A stretch of DNA of 64,000 bases from Phaeosaccion multiseriatum (taxonomy: Eukaryota > Protista > Ochrophyta, other classes), in NCBI GenBank assembly GCA_965112735.1, contig OZ218954.1, positions 4,317,695-4,381,694 of the forward strand, read 5' to 3'. The notes below the pieces were generated by a model. That model was not told where the DNA came from. It ran no database searches and was given only the letters and a program-made list of their open reading frames with translations. The stretch's first letter is position 1, and each line of letters opens with the position of its first letter. The position numbers were made by a program, and so were the translations under genes. This document shows positions 1 through 11,752 of this stretch, piece after piece.

Positions 1-250
1 TCATGGACATCTCGGTGAACCCATCGCCATATCGTCATCGCCTACCGTCTCCTTCGGTGTTTTGTTGCACGCGCAGAATCTGAGCAAAGCAACGGCTTCG
101 GCAAGCATTTTGCCGCCAAAAAGTCACGCAAAAACAAAATCAAGCCACCCCCAGACACTGCACATTATTCACCCTGCAAGGGGTCGTTTTGTTGTCCCCC
201 CCTGTCTGTGCGCCCCCCCCTCTCCCCCTCCTTCCTCCTCCTTGTGTTAG

Positions 251-1642
251 CTAGCTGCAGGCTCCCAACAGGCGGGCCGCCAGATCAGCCTTAAGGCCCT
301 CGGTTGACATTTCTCTCTTCGACAGCTCTTTTTTCAAATCTGAAACCCTGAGAGCCTTAATTTCCGCCGCGCTCAGAGCTCCTCCTCCTCCTCCTCCTCC
401 TCCTCCTCCTCCTCCTCCTCCTCCTCCTCCTCCTCCTCCTCCTCCTCCTCCTCCACCTCCTCCCCCTTCTCCCATGTTCAAGAGTACTACTCCTATGTTT
501 ATATTTGCTACTCCTACTCCTCCTCCTTCTCCTCCTCCTCCTCCTCCTCCTCCTCCTCCTCCTCCTCCTCCTCCTCCTCCTCCTCCTCCTCTTCCTCCTC
601 CTCCTCGTCCTCCTCCTCCTCCTCCTCCTCCTCCTCCTCCTCCTCCTCTGGCTCCCAACAGGCGGGCCGCCAGATCAGCCTTAAGGCCCTCGGTTGACAG
701 TTCTCTCTTCGACAGCTCTTTTTTCAAATCTGAAACCCTGAGAGCCTTAATTTCCGCCGCGCTCAGAGCTCCTCCTCCTCCTCCTCCTCCTCCTCCTCCT
801 CCTCCTCCTCCTTCTCCTCCTCCTCCTCCTCCTCCTCCTCCTCCTCCTCCTCCTCCTCCTCCTCCCCCTCCTCCACCACCACCTCCTCCTCCTCCTCCTC
901 CTCCTCCTCCTGTTCCTCCTGCTCCTCCTCCTCCTCCTCCTCCTCCTCCTCCTCTGGCTCCCAACAGGCGGGCCACCAGATCAGCCTTAAGGCCCTTGGT
1001 TGACAGTTCTCTCTTCGACAGCTCTATTTTCAAATCTGAAACCTTGAGAGCCATAATTTCCGCCGCGCTCAGAGCTCCTCCTCCTCCTCCTCCTCCTCCT
1101 CTGGCTCCCAACAGGCGGGCCACCAGATCAGCCTTAAGGCCCTTGGTTGACAGTTCTCTCTTCGACAGCTCTTTTTTCAAATCTGAAACCCTGAGAGCCT
1201 TAATTTCCGCCGCGCTCAGAGCTCCTCCTCCTCCTCCTCCTCCTCCTCCTCCTCCTCCTCCTCCTCCTCCTCCTCCTCCTCCTCCTCCTCCTCCTCCTCC
1301 TCCTCCTCCTCCTCCTCCTCCTCCTCCTCCTCCTCCTCCTCCTCCTCCTCCTCCTCCTCCTCCTCCTCCTCCTCCTCCTCCACCACCACCTCCTCCTCCT
1401 CCTCCTCCTCCTCCTCCTCCTCCTGCTCCTCCTCCTCCTCCTCCTCCTCCTCTGGCTCCCAACAGGCGGGCCACCAGATCAGCCTTAAGGCCCTTGGTTG
1501 ACAGTTCTCTCTTCGACAGCTCTTTTTTCAAATCTGAAACCTTGAGAGCCATAATTTCCGCCGCGCTCAGGAGCTCCTCCTCCCCTCCTCGTCCTCCTCC
1601 TCCACCACTAGTCTGGGACATCTTCTTGTCGTAGTTGCACAT
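251..1642 (-). CDS. Protein with five near-identical SAP DNA-binding domains separated by poly-Gly linkers
   Basis: Five copies of LSAAEI(M/K)AL(K/R)VSDLKKELSKRELSTKGLKADLVARLLGA match the SAP consensus (LKVxELKxELxxRGLxxxGxKxxLxxRL). Linkers are (GGA)n. Start placed at ATG 1642 (MCNYDKK) because the longer ORF reads through a CT microsatellite. Confidence 0.7.
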   Translation of the reverse strand: MCNYDKKMSQTSGGGGGRGGEEELLSAAEIMALKVSDLKKELSKRELSTKGLKADLVARLLGARGGGGGGGGAGGGGGGGGGGGGGGGGGGGGGGGGGGGGGGGGGGGGGGGGGGGGGGGGGGGGGGGGGGGGGGGGGGGALSAAEIKALRVSDLKKELSKRELSTKGLKADLVARLLGARGGGGGGGGALSAAEIMALKVSDLKIELSKRELSTKGLKADLVARLLGARGGGGGGGGGGAGGTGGGGGGGGGGGGGGGGGGGGGGGGGGGGGGGGEGGGGGGGGGGGGGGALSAAEIKALRVSDLKKELSKRELSTEGLKADLAARLLGARGGGGGGGGGGGGGRGGGGRGGGGGGGGGGGGGGGGGGGGEGGGVGVANINIGVVLLNMGEGGGGGGGGGGGGGGGGGGGGGGGGGGGGGALSAAEIKALRVSDLKKELSKREMSTEGLKADLAARLLGACS

Positions 1643-2425
1643 GGCTGAGCTTCCTGTCCCCCGCAGAGGAGATGGGGGGAGGGGGGCAGAGGGGGGGCGA
1701 GAGAGAGGCAGAGCAGGGGGACGGGGAGAGAGAGAGAGAGCGAGAGAGAGAGAGAGAGAGAGAGCGAGGACAGAGAGAGGAGGGAAAGGGAATTGAGCAG
1801 CACAAGCGTTACTTTGTGCGCAGTACAAGCGCGCATGGTGTTGGTGTTGAAAGACTTACGAGCAAGTCTTCAGGCCTCCTCGTCTTCAGGCCTTCTCGCT
1901 AAAGAGCGCCACCCCTTCTTCCCTCCCGCACCCTCTCCCTCCCTCGCTCCCCCCTTCATTTCCTCCCTCCCTCCCTCCCTCATTTACTCCCTCCCTCCCT
2001 CCCTCCCTCACTCACTCACTCACTCACCACACAAGTTGTTTGAAGGACTTGCTTGATTGTGCGAGAGCCTTTTGTGGTGTGTGCTTGATATTGTGCGAGA
2101 GCTTCGGTTTATTTATTTCCATTTTCTGTAAATTTTGTTCACGAGCGCCGATTGAGGATTGAGCAAGCGCCGAGAAGGGCGACGGAAGTCAACAATTCCA
2201 TCGCACTGAAACGCAAACCAAAAGCCCTCCCTTCTTCCGTGCTTCTTCCCATTTTAGAGGGTACTTCCTTCTCTGCGAGGAAGCGTGGGACTACTACACA
2301 GTACTGGGGAGGAGTTTCAGAACTGTCGCGCAACGTGCATCATCTTTGCAATAATACCATTTGAACAGTGGCACAGCACCAACAGGGAGAGAGAGAGGGG
2401 AGGCGTAGAGGGCAGCAGCAGCTAG

Positions 2426-4901
2426 ATCATCGCCTTCAAGCTCCCTCCCAACCTGACAGACTCGGAGCTGGGGAAGGCAGACCGACTCTGCGTGCAAGAC
2501 AGCGTAGACCTCCGGGAGGAGAAGGATGCGTCTGCGCTGCACGACCGTTTGGATGAGTTGAGGGAGAGCGTACTCGGCCGGGGCGGTGGAGAGGGGTGCG
2601 GTGAAGATAGAGTGGAGGATGGGAATGGCCATCACGACGGCGTGGCTTCCATCGCAAGCCAGGAGAACTTCTATCTGATGTACTGCTTCGTGAGGTGAGT
2701 GGGTGCTTGTGCGCGGCCGCACGCGGCCGACACTTCAAAAATGTAACAGGATGGATGAGGGGAGATGGGGGAAGCGGAGCAGCAAATTTAGCAAAAAGGA
2801 GGAAAGGGAGAGAGGAGGGACGCTTTATAAAACGGGGCTCGCGATCTTGGCTTCCCTCCCACCGAACCCCTCCTTTCCCCACTCCGCCCCCGCCCCCACC
2901 CCCTCCTTTCCCCTCTCCTCGCGAAAACAGGGACTTTCGACACGTGCAGGGTTCCGTCCAGAAGGGGGTCCTTGACACGCTCGAATGCGTGGTGGAGGAC
3001 CTTGTCCAGCACATTGAGCCCTCGCCCTTGTCCCAGCAGGCGCGACGCAGGGCCAGGGGCAAGAGATGGGGGGAAGACTGGGCTTCGGCGGGCATGAAGC
3101 AGGAAGGCCGGGACACAGGAGCAGAGGACAGTGGGCAGGGGCAGGGACAGGGACAGGGTCAGTTCCTGCAGGTGAAAAATGCCTTCCAGATTGCTGTCTT
3201 CTTTCTGTTTACGGTCACGATGAAGGCCGAGGCCGTCTTCTCCAACAGCAAGGAGAACGAGAGTCTCGAGAGACAAGCCAACGGGAGAGGGGGAGGGGCG
3301 AGAGGCGGCAAGAAGAAGGGCCCCGCGGCGGGCGGGGATGCCGCAGCAGCAGCAGCCGCGGCGGCAGGAAGAGAGCTTCAGTGGGAGACCGCGAGAGAGG
3401 GAGCGCTGTCCATCCTAGTGGAGGCCCTTCGCTGCGACCGCTCCCGCTTGTGGCACTTGGGCATCCCTGCGGAGGACTTTGTGAACCTCTTCCTCCGCTT
3501 GGGCTACAGCCTACTCGAGCTGCCCCACACCATGCTCGCAGGTAGCAGGCTCGTCAAGCTGCTGGCCTTTCAGCTCGTGACGCTGTCTTTCCAGGCTTCG
3601 CAGAGTGTCACCGCAGGGGTCAGTGCATGCATCTTACAAATGGTCAACGCGCACGATCACCTTCCCCCCGCCATGGCGGAGTTGTGCAGAGGGCTGGCAA
3701 GGGGCGAGCACAGGGACTCCCGCCTTGCCGCCGATTTGCTGAGAGAGCTCGGCAGGATGGACCTCAACCACGCTGATGCAGGTGCGTGCGTGCAGACGAC
3801 ACGGGGAGAGGTTGGAGAGAGAGAGAGAGAGAGGCAGAGAGAAGGGGAGATTAAGAGGGGGTGACTCGTTGGTTCATTCGAGTGGGCCCACCCAACCTCT
3901 GCGGCCTTGCAGGGACTTGTCTATACCTGAGACTGTTTGGGGGGGTTGGCGCTTCCTACCCAACCTACCCCTTCCCCTCTATCTCGTCTCGCACCTCTCT
4001 TCTTTCTTGGACCCCTTGGGCCTCCTCCTTTCTAGGGCGGCGAGGCTGTTCTTCGCTCCTATCCCTTGCCTCCCGTCCCCCTGCCCAGTCCTCCCCTCCC
4101 TCCCCTCACTTCCCTTCCTCCCCCCTCTCCTCTCCTCCCCGCCCCTCCCCACCCATCCTCAGTCCTGACACACCTCCCACCCTGTTCTGACACCCACCCA
4201 CCCCACCCACCCCCTCTGTCCTGACACCCACCCACCGACCCTGTCCCGCCCTCAGGCAAGAACGCTGCCGGAGTGCGTAACATGTCCAAGTTCCTTGAGG
4301 AGATGAGCACTGCCTTGCCCGGTGTCGTGCTTGCCAACCTCTCTGTACTGCTGCCTCACTTTCAAAGCGAGCCCTATGCCATTCGCAGCGCGCTGGCGGG
4401 CTGTCTGGCCAACATCCTCTGTGCGGGTGCCGAATATGAGAGGAGGGAGAAGGATCATGCGGCCGGCAGGGCAGTGGAGCAGGAGGGGGAGGAGGAGGAG
4501 GAGGAGGAGGATGGAAGCGATGGACAGGTAGGAGGGGAGGGGCTTCGGCGCATCGTAGCGCGAGAGAGGAACAGAGACAGAGAGAGAACAGAACGTCTGG
4601 GGGGGCAATGTGTTTTGTGTTTTTTTGAAGGTTTGTTGCGGTGCAAGTTGCTGCCCCGCCCCCCCCCCCTCTGTAACTAATGCCCATCCACTGACATCCA
4701 CTGCCATCCCATCCCATCCCATCCCCTTCATCCATCCACCCAGGTGAAGGTTGATACCAAGACGCGAGACAAGCTGCTGGACATTCTGGAGAAGCGTGTC
4801 AGGGACGTCAACGCCTTCTCTCGATCCGCCGTGCTCAAGGCCTGGGCCACCCTCAGCGAGGAGAGGGCCGTTCCGCGCAATCGAATCCAAGATGTCGCCA
4901 G
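2426..4901 (+). pseudogene. NCAPD2: Condensin I subunit CAP-D2/Cnd1, N-terminal part only (4 exons: ~2426-2694, 2931-3781, 4256-4527, 4744-4901)
   Basis: GT-AG exons join in frame and give Cnd1-like motifs: AFKLP at the N-terminus, RLWHLGIPAEDFVNLF, NMSKFLEEMS..LLPHFQSEPYAIRSAL and RDKLLDILEKRVRDVNAFSRSAVLK. No ATG directly before exon 1 and no later exons found after the 4901 donor. Confidence 0.7.
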
Positions 4902-5467
4902 GTGAGTGGGTATATTATGTCCATATATGGGTTTGTTGAGAGAGAGCGAGCGAGGGAGTTTGCTTGGGAGGGAGGGAGGGAGGGAGGGGGTTGGGGATTT
5001 GGGGATTTGATTCAAAGGGTATGTTTGTCCCCTCCCCCGCTCCCCCTCCCCGGCGGATGAGGGATGGCGGCAGTCAAGCTCAAGCTCCGATCGATCCTGC
5101 TCGCTCCTCTTTGCGGGAGGCGGCCGGCCGCCCCCCCCCTACCTCACCCAGGCAACTCTGGTGATGGTGGTGGTTGGGGGGGGGGGGTTGGCGCGGTTCT
5201 GAGCGACCCTGGTTCCTGGTTCTGGGCTGGCCTGTCTCAGAACCATGTCAGGGGCCGAGTAATGAACTCTCAGAACTCGACCCCTCACATATCCTCGTCC
5301 TGACCAGACTTCGCCGTCTCGTCAGCTGCAGCCACCAGATACGGCTCTCGGAGTGAGAGCGCGCCTTCCTGGGTCGGCTCAACCGCGGAGCCGGTCCCGC
5401 ACTCCCCCTCCCCGCCCTAGAGGGGGAGTAACCGGCCCCTCGAGGGCCCCGGAGACACAGCGATACC

Positions 5468-5519
<52 letters not shown>

Positions 5520-5589
5520 TCCACACTTTCAGTTTCTTAGGTGATTCCTATTAAGTCAATAAAGACCTTACCCCCTCACATATTATCAC

Positions 5590-5713
5590 TATCCGCTATC
5601 TGCTATCCGCTATCGCCGGCTTTGGGGGGGGCGTGCTATCCGCTATCGCCGGCGCCAGCCGATCCGCTATCCGCTATCGAGAATGTGGGCGATAGTGCGT
5701 CAGGGGTCCACTG
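5590..5713. mobile_element. Possible single end of a hAT-like DNA transposon
   Basis: Clustered CCGCTATC subterminal-type repeats ending in ...CAGGGGTCCACTG (reverse complement begins CAGTG, as in hAT TIRs). No partner end or transposase seen. Confidence 0.3.
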
Positions 5714-6034
5714 AACAGCTTCTTCCTTCTTTTCTTCCTGCCGATCCTCCTCTGTAACCTATCCCCACCACACTCTACACTGCAAGCACACGAGATCTGC
5801 TCCTGCGCCCCACACCTCTAGTTCCTGACCATCGTCCCTCCCTTGCCAGTCCGCGAAGAGTCGTTTTCCCGAGGGGACGAGAAAACATCCCCTTCTCCTC
5901 GCCTCTCGCGCTCGCTCCTGGCGGCGCGGTATATTCAGAGAGCGCGCCAGCACTAGGCTGTCTGCAGGTCGAAACTCAGTTTGTGAACAATAAATTTTAA
6001 ATTTTTCTTTCAACAGAGGACAGCAAGATTGGAA

Positions 6035-7249
6035 CTAGCCGTTCTGCCTGCTTCGCCTCCTCGGCGGCTCGTCGTTCGCCTCTTTGCCCAGCTCAAAGCC
6101 GTACAGAGTCATGAGCACCTTCACCTCCCTTGACATGGCCTCGATGCAGAAGAAGCCCGCTGCCTGCAGAGCCTGCTTCGCCCTCACCTCGTCAAGCAGC
6201 TTCCCGCGGTGCCTCGTCCTCCCTCCTGATGCCTCACCACTACTCCCACCTCCCCTTCCGTCACCGCCGCTACCAATCGTCTCGGAGGTGATCCTACTGC
6301 TGCCACTGTTGGTGCTAGCCCTCCTCTCCGTGCCCAGCCTCCCATGGCGCCCTCGGGTCAGCAGGCTCTTGATGCTACCCGTCGTGACGAACTGCACCAC
6401 AGCTGCAAAGCCCTCCTCGGTAAAGTCCACGCCGTCAAACGTCACCTCCACCTCGTCCTTGTCCTTGCCCTTGATGCCCATGAAGCCACGCCCCGCCAGG
6501 TCCAGCATGGTGGGGAGACTGCCTGCAGCCCTTTCATGCCTGTCCGGGCCGTCAGAGCTCCTTCCCTCTCCCTCAGTCTTGTCCATCAGCAGCTCTATCA
6601 GAGGTATGCTCAGGGTAGTGCGTGTCTTTGCTCTTAATGTGACCAGCAAAAACTTTGTGCAAGAGAGACTGATCTGTCAGTGCTGCCATTGGGCCCCTCA
6701 CAGCAGTACTGGGCTGGTGTGGTATACCAGTGTATTTCCTCTACCTCGGCCCCGGCCTTGAGTAGCGTCCTCACAGACTCAGGACAGCCGAATCTTGCTG
6801 CACCATGCAAGGCGTCTCTACCCTCCACCCTGCCCCCACACCTCAAAAGGTACGACACGATCATGGGGTGACCTGTTGACGACCTACCCTCCCGCAGCCA
6901 AGGGAACAAGCCCATTGCAATCCCCTTTGTTCACATCTGCAACTTCCTCCACGAGCCCCTGACTGAACTAATGCGAAGTTGGCCATTCGGTGCAACGAGG
7001 ACAAGCGGAGTCTTCCTGTCACCATCCTCATTATCGGCTACCTCTCCTCCTCGCCTCGCATCAATGTCCATCTCTTCACCGAGTCAAGAAGTCGATGGTG
7101 GACAGCATCGCTGCAAGGTGCGAAATCTCCGCTGCAAGGTGCGAAATCTCCTCCCCAACATCAACAACATCACCGACGCCCTCCCCCTCGCTGCTGCTTC
7201 CATCACACCACTCGTTAATGCGCTGCAGCGCTTCTTCCACAGTCACCAT
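6035..7249 (-). pseudogene. Degenerate ankyrin-repeat/BTB-like paralogue (copy 1)
   Basis: Starts MVTVEEALQRI like the intact copy. Ankyrin remnants (ALHGAARFGCPESVRTLLKAGAEV) lie in shifted frames with internal deletions. The C-terminal ORF 6035-6649 is very similar to that of 8058-10136. Confidence 0.75.
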
Positions 7250-8057
7250 AATCAAGCGTGTAAAGAGTGAGGCATAACATAATGAGGAAAGGAAAAAGCG
7301 TGCCTTTTGAAGTTACAGAAGCGTGCCAAAAAATAAGCATCTGTGAGTTTGCGTGAAGGTGGAACGCCCCCACCACGTCCATGTACTTCCAAATTTCAGT
7401 GCCAAATTTTTCCTCTCTCTTTTTCTTCTTTCCTCCCCCACAGAGTGTTGAAGTATAACGACAGTACTACAGTATGTATGTATGTATGCATGAACGCCAG
7501 CTCACTCTTCTGCCTCTCCCTGCCTAGCTCGCTTCGCCCTCCCTTGTACCTCCACCCCGGGGCCCACCACCTCTGGGTGCTGCTCTGAGGGCCACATCAC
7601 GAGATCCCTCTCCCCTCTACACCTCCCCATCTTAGTACGAGCGGTACAAGCTCATCCGCTCGAGCGGATCCCTCTCCAATAATCTCGACATGTACTGATT
7701 GCCAAACCTGCTCATAGCAGGCCGATGACTTGGTGAGTGCCGAGAGAACTCCGCGTCATCGTCGTCGCCCAGCAGCGCTTCGAAGCCGTACAGCCCGGAG
7801 TAGGTACACAGCGCGCGCAGATCCGTGCTGTCTCTTTCCGCCTCGCCTGCCCCGCGAGGAGTGCATACCTATAACTTTATCACGTATCGTCTATCCTCTC
7901 TCCCCCACGTACAGCATACACTACAGAGGCACAATGAACAGGCTTCGTTCACACGAGCTTCGGGCCTACTTTCTTATTCAATACAGAAAGGAGCTATTCA
8001 TTGGAAAAGCAAAGGGGGTAAACACAAGCATCTCCTTTGCCAAGGACCCGCTCTGCT

Positions 8058-10136
8058 TCACTTTATCGGCGGCTCATCCTTCTCCTCCGTCTCCTTGGCC
8101 AGCTCAAAGCCGTACAGAGTCATGAGCGCCTTCACCTCCCTCGACATGGCCTCGATGCAGAAGAAGTCCGCTGCCTGCAGTGCCTGCTCCGCTCTCACCT
8201 CGTCGAACAGCTTCACGCGCTCCCTCTTCCTTTCTCCTGATGCCTCACCACTGCTCCCACCATCTACTTCACCACCGCCGCCGCCGACCGTCTCGGAGCT
8301 GCTGCCAATGATTCCATCAGTGTTCTCTGTGCTCAGCAGGCGACGGCGCCCTCGGGTAAGCAGGCTCTTGACGCTACCCGTCGTGACGAACTGCACCACA
8401 GCTGCAAAGCCCTCCTCGGTAAAGTCCACTCCGTCAAACGTCATCTCCACCTCGTCCTTGCCCTTGCCTTTGATGCCCATGAAGCCACGCCCCGCCGGGT
8501 CCAGCATGGTGGGGAGACTGCCTGCAGCCGTGTCATGCCTGTCTAAGCGGTTAGGGCTTCCTCCCTCTCCTCGTCTTCCACTCTGCTCAATCTTGTTCAT
8601 CAGCAGCTCCATCAGAGGTATGCTCAGTGTGTACTGCACGTCTTTGCTCTTCCCCGTTGTCCTGTCTACCAAACGCACTTGTACCACGCGGCCCTCCTTG
8701 GCGGCTTCAGAGTAGGCAGAGCCGGAGAAATGCTGAGCCAAGGTATTGCAAACACGATCAGAAGCATCTCTTGCCCCTCGTTCTTCGCTCAAAGATGCGG
8801 CAACGACATCCCCACAATCGCTCTCGCCCACCAAGGCCATGACTGACTTGGTGACGGCAGCGCCCATCTCCAGCAGGAGTGCCGCCACTTTGACTCTGTC
8901 TGCCTTGGACCCTGGCCAAGCAGGGTACCCAAGTCGGGCGGAAACCTTGTTTGCCTTACGAGGACACATGCACACCATCAAGGGGCTGCTTCCCGTGTTG
9001 GTCAGCGCGTCGACCTCAGCCCCAGCCTCCAACAGAAGATACGTCAGCTCCATGCTGCCCCAAACCGAAGCCAAATGAAGGGGCGCAATATTGCCGTCTC
9101 GCTTGGCGTTAACGTTGGCTCCTGCGTCAATGAGCTCGGCAGTTATGTCCACAAGTCCCTTGAGAGTAGCAGTGTGGAGCGGCGTGTTGTTCTTAGAATC
9201 CACAGCGTCGAGGGAGGCACCGAGGCGGATGAGCGCCTTCACACTTGAGGAATTGCCGCACAACGCGGCGAAGTGAAGGGGCGTGCGCTCATCAGAGCTC
9301 TTCACGTCCACCGGCAGCCCTCGACGGACGAGTACGTCGATGAGTTCACTGTGACCGGCAGACGCGACATTGTGCAAGAGAGTCCACGCGCGCACGTCCT
9401 TGACGTTCAAATCCGCCCCTGCCTCCAGCAGCAGGGACAGGGCCTCCACTCTTTCGCTGGCATTGCTCTTGTCCACCCCAAAACAGCAGCAGTATTGGGC
9501 CGGCGTCAATCCACTTCCTCCACTATCCCGCTCATTCACGTCGGCCCCGGCCTGGAGCAGCACCCTCACAGACTCGGGACAGCCCGCGTGTGCGGCATTG
9601 TGCAAGGCGTAGCTACCCTCCACCCTGGCTCCATGCCTCATGAGGTACGACACGATCTCAGGGTGACTGCCGCACCACGCGACGCCCCAGCTCAAAGGGT
9701 CAAAACCACCTGCAGCTGCAGCCAAGGGTACAAGGCCATTGCAATCCCCTTTGTTCACGTTTGCACCCTCCTCCACGAGCCCCTCCACCAAGGCAAAGTG
9801 GCCCTTCAGGGCAGCTTGGATCAGCGAAGTCTTGCCATCCCATCCATCTTCACATCCCTCTCCTCCACGTCCCGTATCGATGTCCAGCCCGCATTCCTTC
9901 AGCAGTTTCACGCTCCCCCCCATCTGCGCCCCCTTCTCTTCCATGACACTCTTATCCATCGCCCCTAGAGCACAAAGGGGCGTGTAGCCCGTCCTCTTCA
10001 GCGAGTCAAAGTCGATCGTCGAGAGCACGGCTGCCAAAACTAAACTAAGCTCCTCCACACCGACGCCCTTCCCTGCACTGCTGCTTCCCTCTCGCCACTC
10101 TTCAATCCGCTGAAGCGCTTCCTCCATAGTCACCAT
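8058..10136 (-). CDS. Intronless ankyrin-repeat protein with C-terminal BTB/POZ-like domain (692 aa)
   Basis: About 8-9 ankyrin repeats (TPLHFAALCGNSSSVKALIRLGA, TPLHTATLKG, APLHLASVWG). The C-terminal FDGVDFTEEGFAAVVQFVTTG...ALQAADFFCIEAM fits BTB helices. Start MVTMEEALQ at 10136, just downstream of a (TA)n tract. Confidence 0.85.
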   Translation of the reverse strand: MVTMEEALQRIEEWREGSSSAGKGVGVEELSLVLAAVLSTIDFDSLKRTGYTPLCALGAMDKSVMEEKGAQMGGSVKLLKECGLDIDTGRGGEGCEDGWDGKTSLIQAALKGHFALVEGLVEEGANVNKGDCNGLVPLAAAAGGFDPLSWGVAWCGSHPEIVSYLMRHGARVEGSYALHNAAHAGCPESVRVLLQAGADVNERDSGGSGLTPAQYCCCFGVDKSNASERVEALSLLLEAGADLNVKDVRAWTLLHNVASAGHSELIDVLVRRGLPVDVKSSDERTPLHFAALCGNSSSVKALIRLGASLDAVDSKNNTPLHTATLKGLVDITAELIDAGANVNAKRDGNIAPLHLASVWGSMELTYLLLEAGAEVDALTNTGSSPLMVCMCPRKANKVSARLGYPAWPGSKADRVKVAALLLEMGAAVTKSVMALVGESDCGDVVAASLSEERGARDASDRVCNTLAQHFSGSAYSEAAKEGRVVQVRLVDRTTGKSKDVQYTLSIPLMELLMNKIEQSGRRGEGGSPNRLDRHDTAAGSLPTMLDPAGRGFMGIKGKGKDEVEMTFDGVDFTEEGFAAVVQFVTTGSVKSLLTRGRRRLLSTENTDGIIGSSSETVGGGGGEVDGGSSGEASGERKRERVKLFDEVRAEQALQAADFFCIEAMSREVKALMTLYGFELAKETEEKDEPPIK

Positions 10137-10143
10137 GGTAATG

Positions 10144-10187
<44 letters not shown>

Positions 10188-10529
10188 CGTTCGGCTGCTC
10201 ACACTCACGTAATACGGTGTGGAATAGAAATTCTTCCTCCAAGCACGCGATACGATACTTTCAAATCCAATTTCCTTGCCGACGCGACCCCCTGAGACCC
10301 CCCACCTCATCGAACCTTGATCGAACCTCACAAACCCGTGGTTGGAGGTCATTTGTGATTTCTCGTGGGACGAGGTGCGTCTCACGGGGCTACTGCGGGC
10401 GGAAGGGAGACTCCACACTTTTTCTTTGTTTAGCTTCGGTTGTATCAAATTGATGAAAGGGATGATAACAGATTCAATCCACAAAAGAACCGCGCCGCAA
10501 AATGGAGACGGCACTACGGGCCCTCCCTC

Positions 10530-11470
10530 CTTCGCTTCCTCGTCGGCAGGTCGTCCGTCTCCTTCGCCAGCCCGAAGCCGTACAGCGTCATGAGCGCCTT
10601 CACTTCCCTCGACATGCATGGCCTCGATACAGAAGAAGCCCACTCCTTCAAAACCTGCTCCGCTCTCACCTCGTCAAACAGAGCCTGCTCCGCTCTCAGC
10701 CTTCACACGCTCCCTCTTGCTCTTTCCTGATACCTCACCACTGCCACTCCCACTACCTCTTCCGTCACCGCCGCCATCAACCCCCTCGGAGCTGCTACTA
10801 GGCTACCACTGACGCCAGCCCTGCCCGCCGTGCTCAGCTGCCCATGAAGCTCTCCTAGCGAGGGCTCTACCGCAGCTCGCGCCGACACATGCGCCACGGT
10901 TTGCACCATGTCTCGGGTCAAGTCGCCCGTCCCCCCTGACCCCATGCCGGCCATGGGCTCGTCCGTAGCCTGCTCTGCCGCCTGGAGACGAGCTCCTCTA
11001 CATTGACGCTTGCGTTCCCGCTCCCTCCGTCGTCCACGTAGTCCCTGTCCTCAGCATCTCCCTCACCCCCATTCCCAGCCCCGCCACCTACATGAGTACG
11101 CAGACTCTTGACGCTACCCGTCGTGACGAACTGCACCACAGCTGCAAAGCCCTCCTCCGTTAAGTCCACTCCGTCAAACGTCATCTCCACCTCGTCCTTG
11201 CCCTTGCCTTTGATGCCCATGAAGCCACGCCCCGCCGGGTCCAGCATGGTGGGGAGACTGCCTGCAGCCGTGTCATGCCTGTCTAAGCGGTTAGACCTTC
11301 CTCCCCCTCTGCTCAATCTTGCTCATCAGCAGCTCCCATCTACCGAGTACACTCGTACCACACGGCCCTCCTTGGCGGCCTCAGAATAGGCAGAGCCGGA
11401 AGAGATGTGTCGAGCTATGGCGTTGCAAACATCACTAGAAGCATCTCGCACCGCTTTCTCTCTCTCTTCC
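10530..11470 (-). pseudogene. C-terminal fragment of ankyrin/BTB paralogue (copy 3) interrupted by ~250 bp of unrelated coding-like sequence
   Basis: 11105-11300 is near-identical to 8366-8560. Homology breaks at ~11104 and resumes at ~10850 with the frameshifted BTB end (GFFCIEAM). Confidence 0.7.
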
Positions 11471-11752
11471 TCAGGGCACGCAGCAGCCAACCATCTGCTG
11501 CCATCCCGACCCAGTCGTAAGCAAGGGACAATAGGGCAGATACTTCAGTACCTCATGCTCAAGCAAGGCCAAACCTCCGGTCGGGGGCTGAGAGAAGAGC
11601 AACGGGAACAATCCACTGCCATGTCGGCCCGGCCTGTGCGTGGTGAGGGTGTCTTCTTGTTCTCGTTCTTGTGAGAAAAGTAGTTCTTCTCCCTTCTTCT
11701 CATCAACCATTCCTGGCGCGCATCTTGTTCCGTTCTGCCGCGTCGCTGTCGC

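Noticed and set aside
474-1634. Poly-Pro ORF on the plus strand
   Set aside because: Antisense shadow of the SAP/poly-Gly ORF.
7635-7830. Short coding-like fragments (YERYKLIRSSGSLSNNLDMY*; reverse TDLRALCTYSGLYGFEALLG)
   Set aside because: Too short to assign to a gene without a search.
10137-10643. N-terminal extension of the 861-aa ankyrin ORF
   Set aside because: It reads through a (TA)n tract and a neighbouring pseudogene; the paralogue supports the start at 10136.
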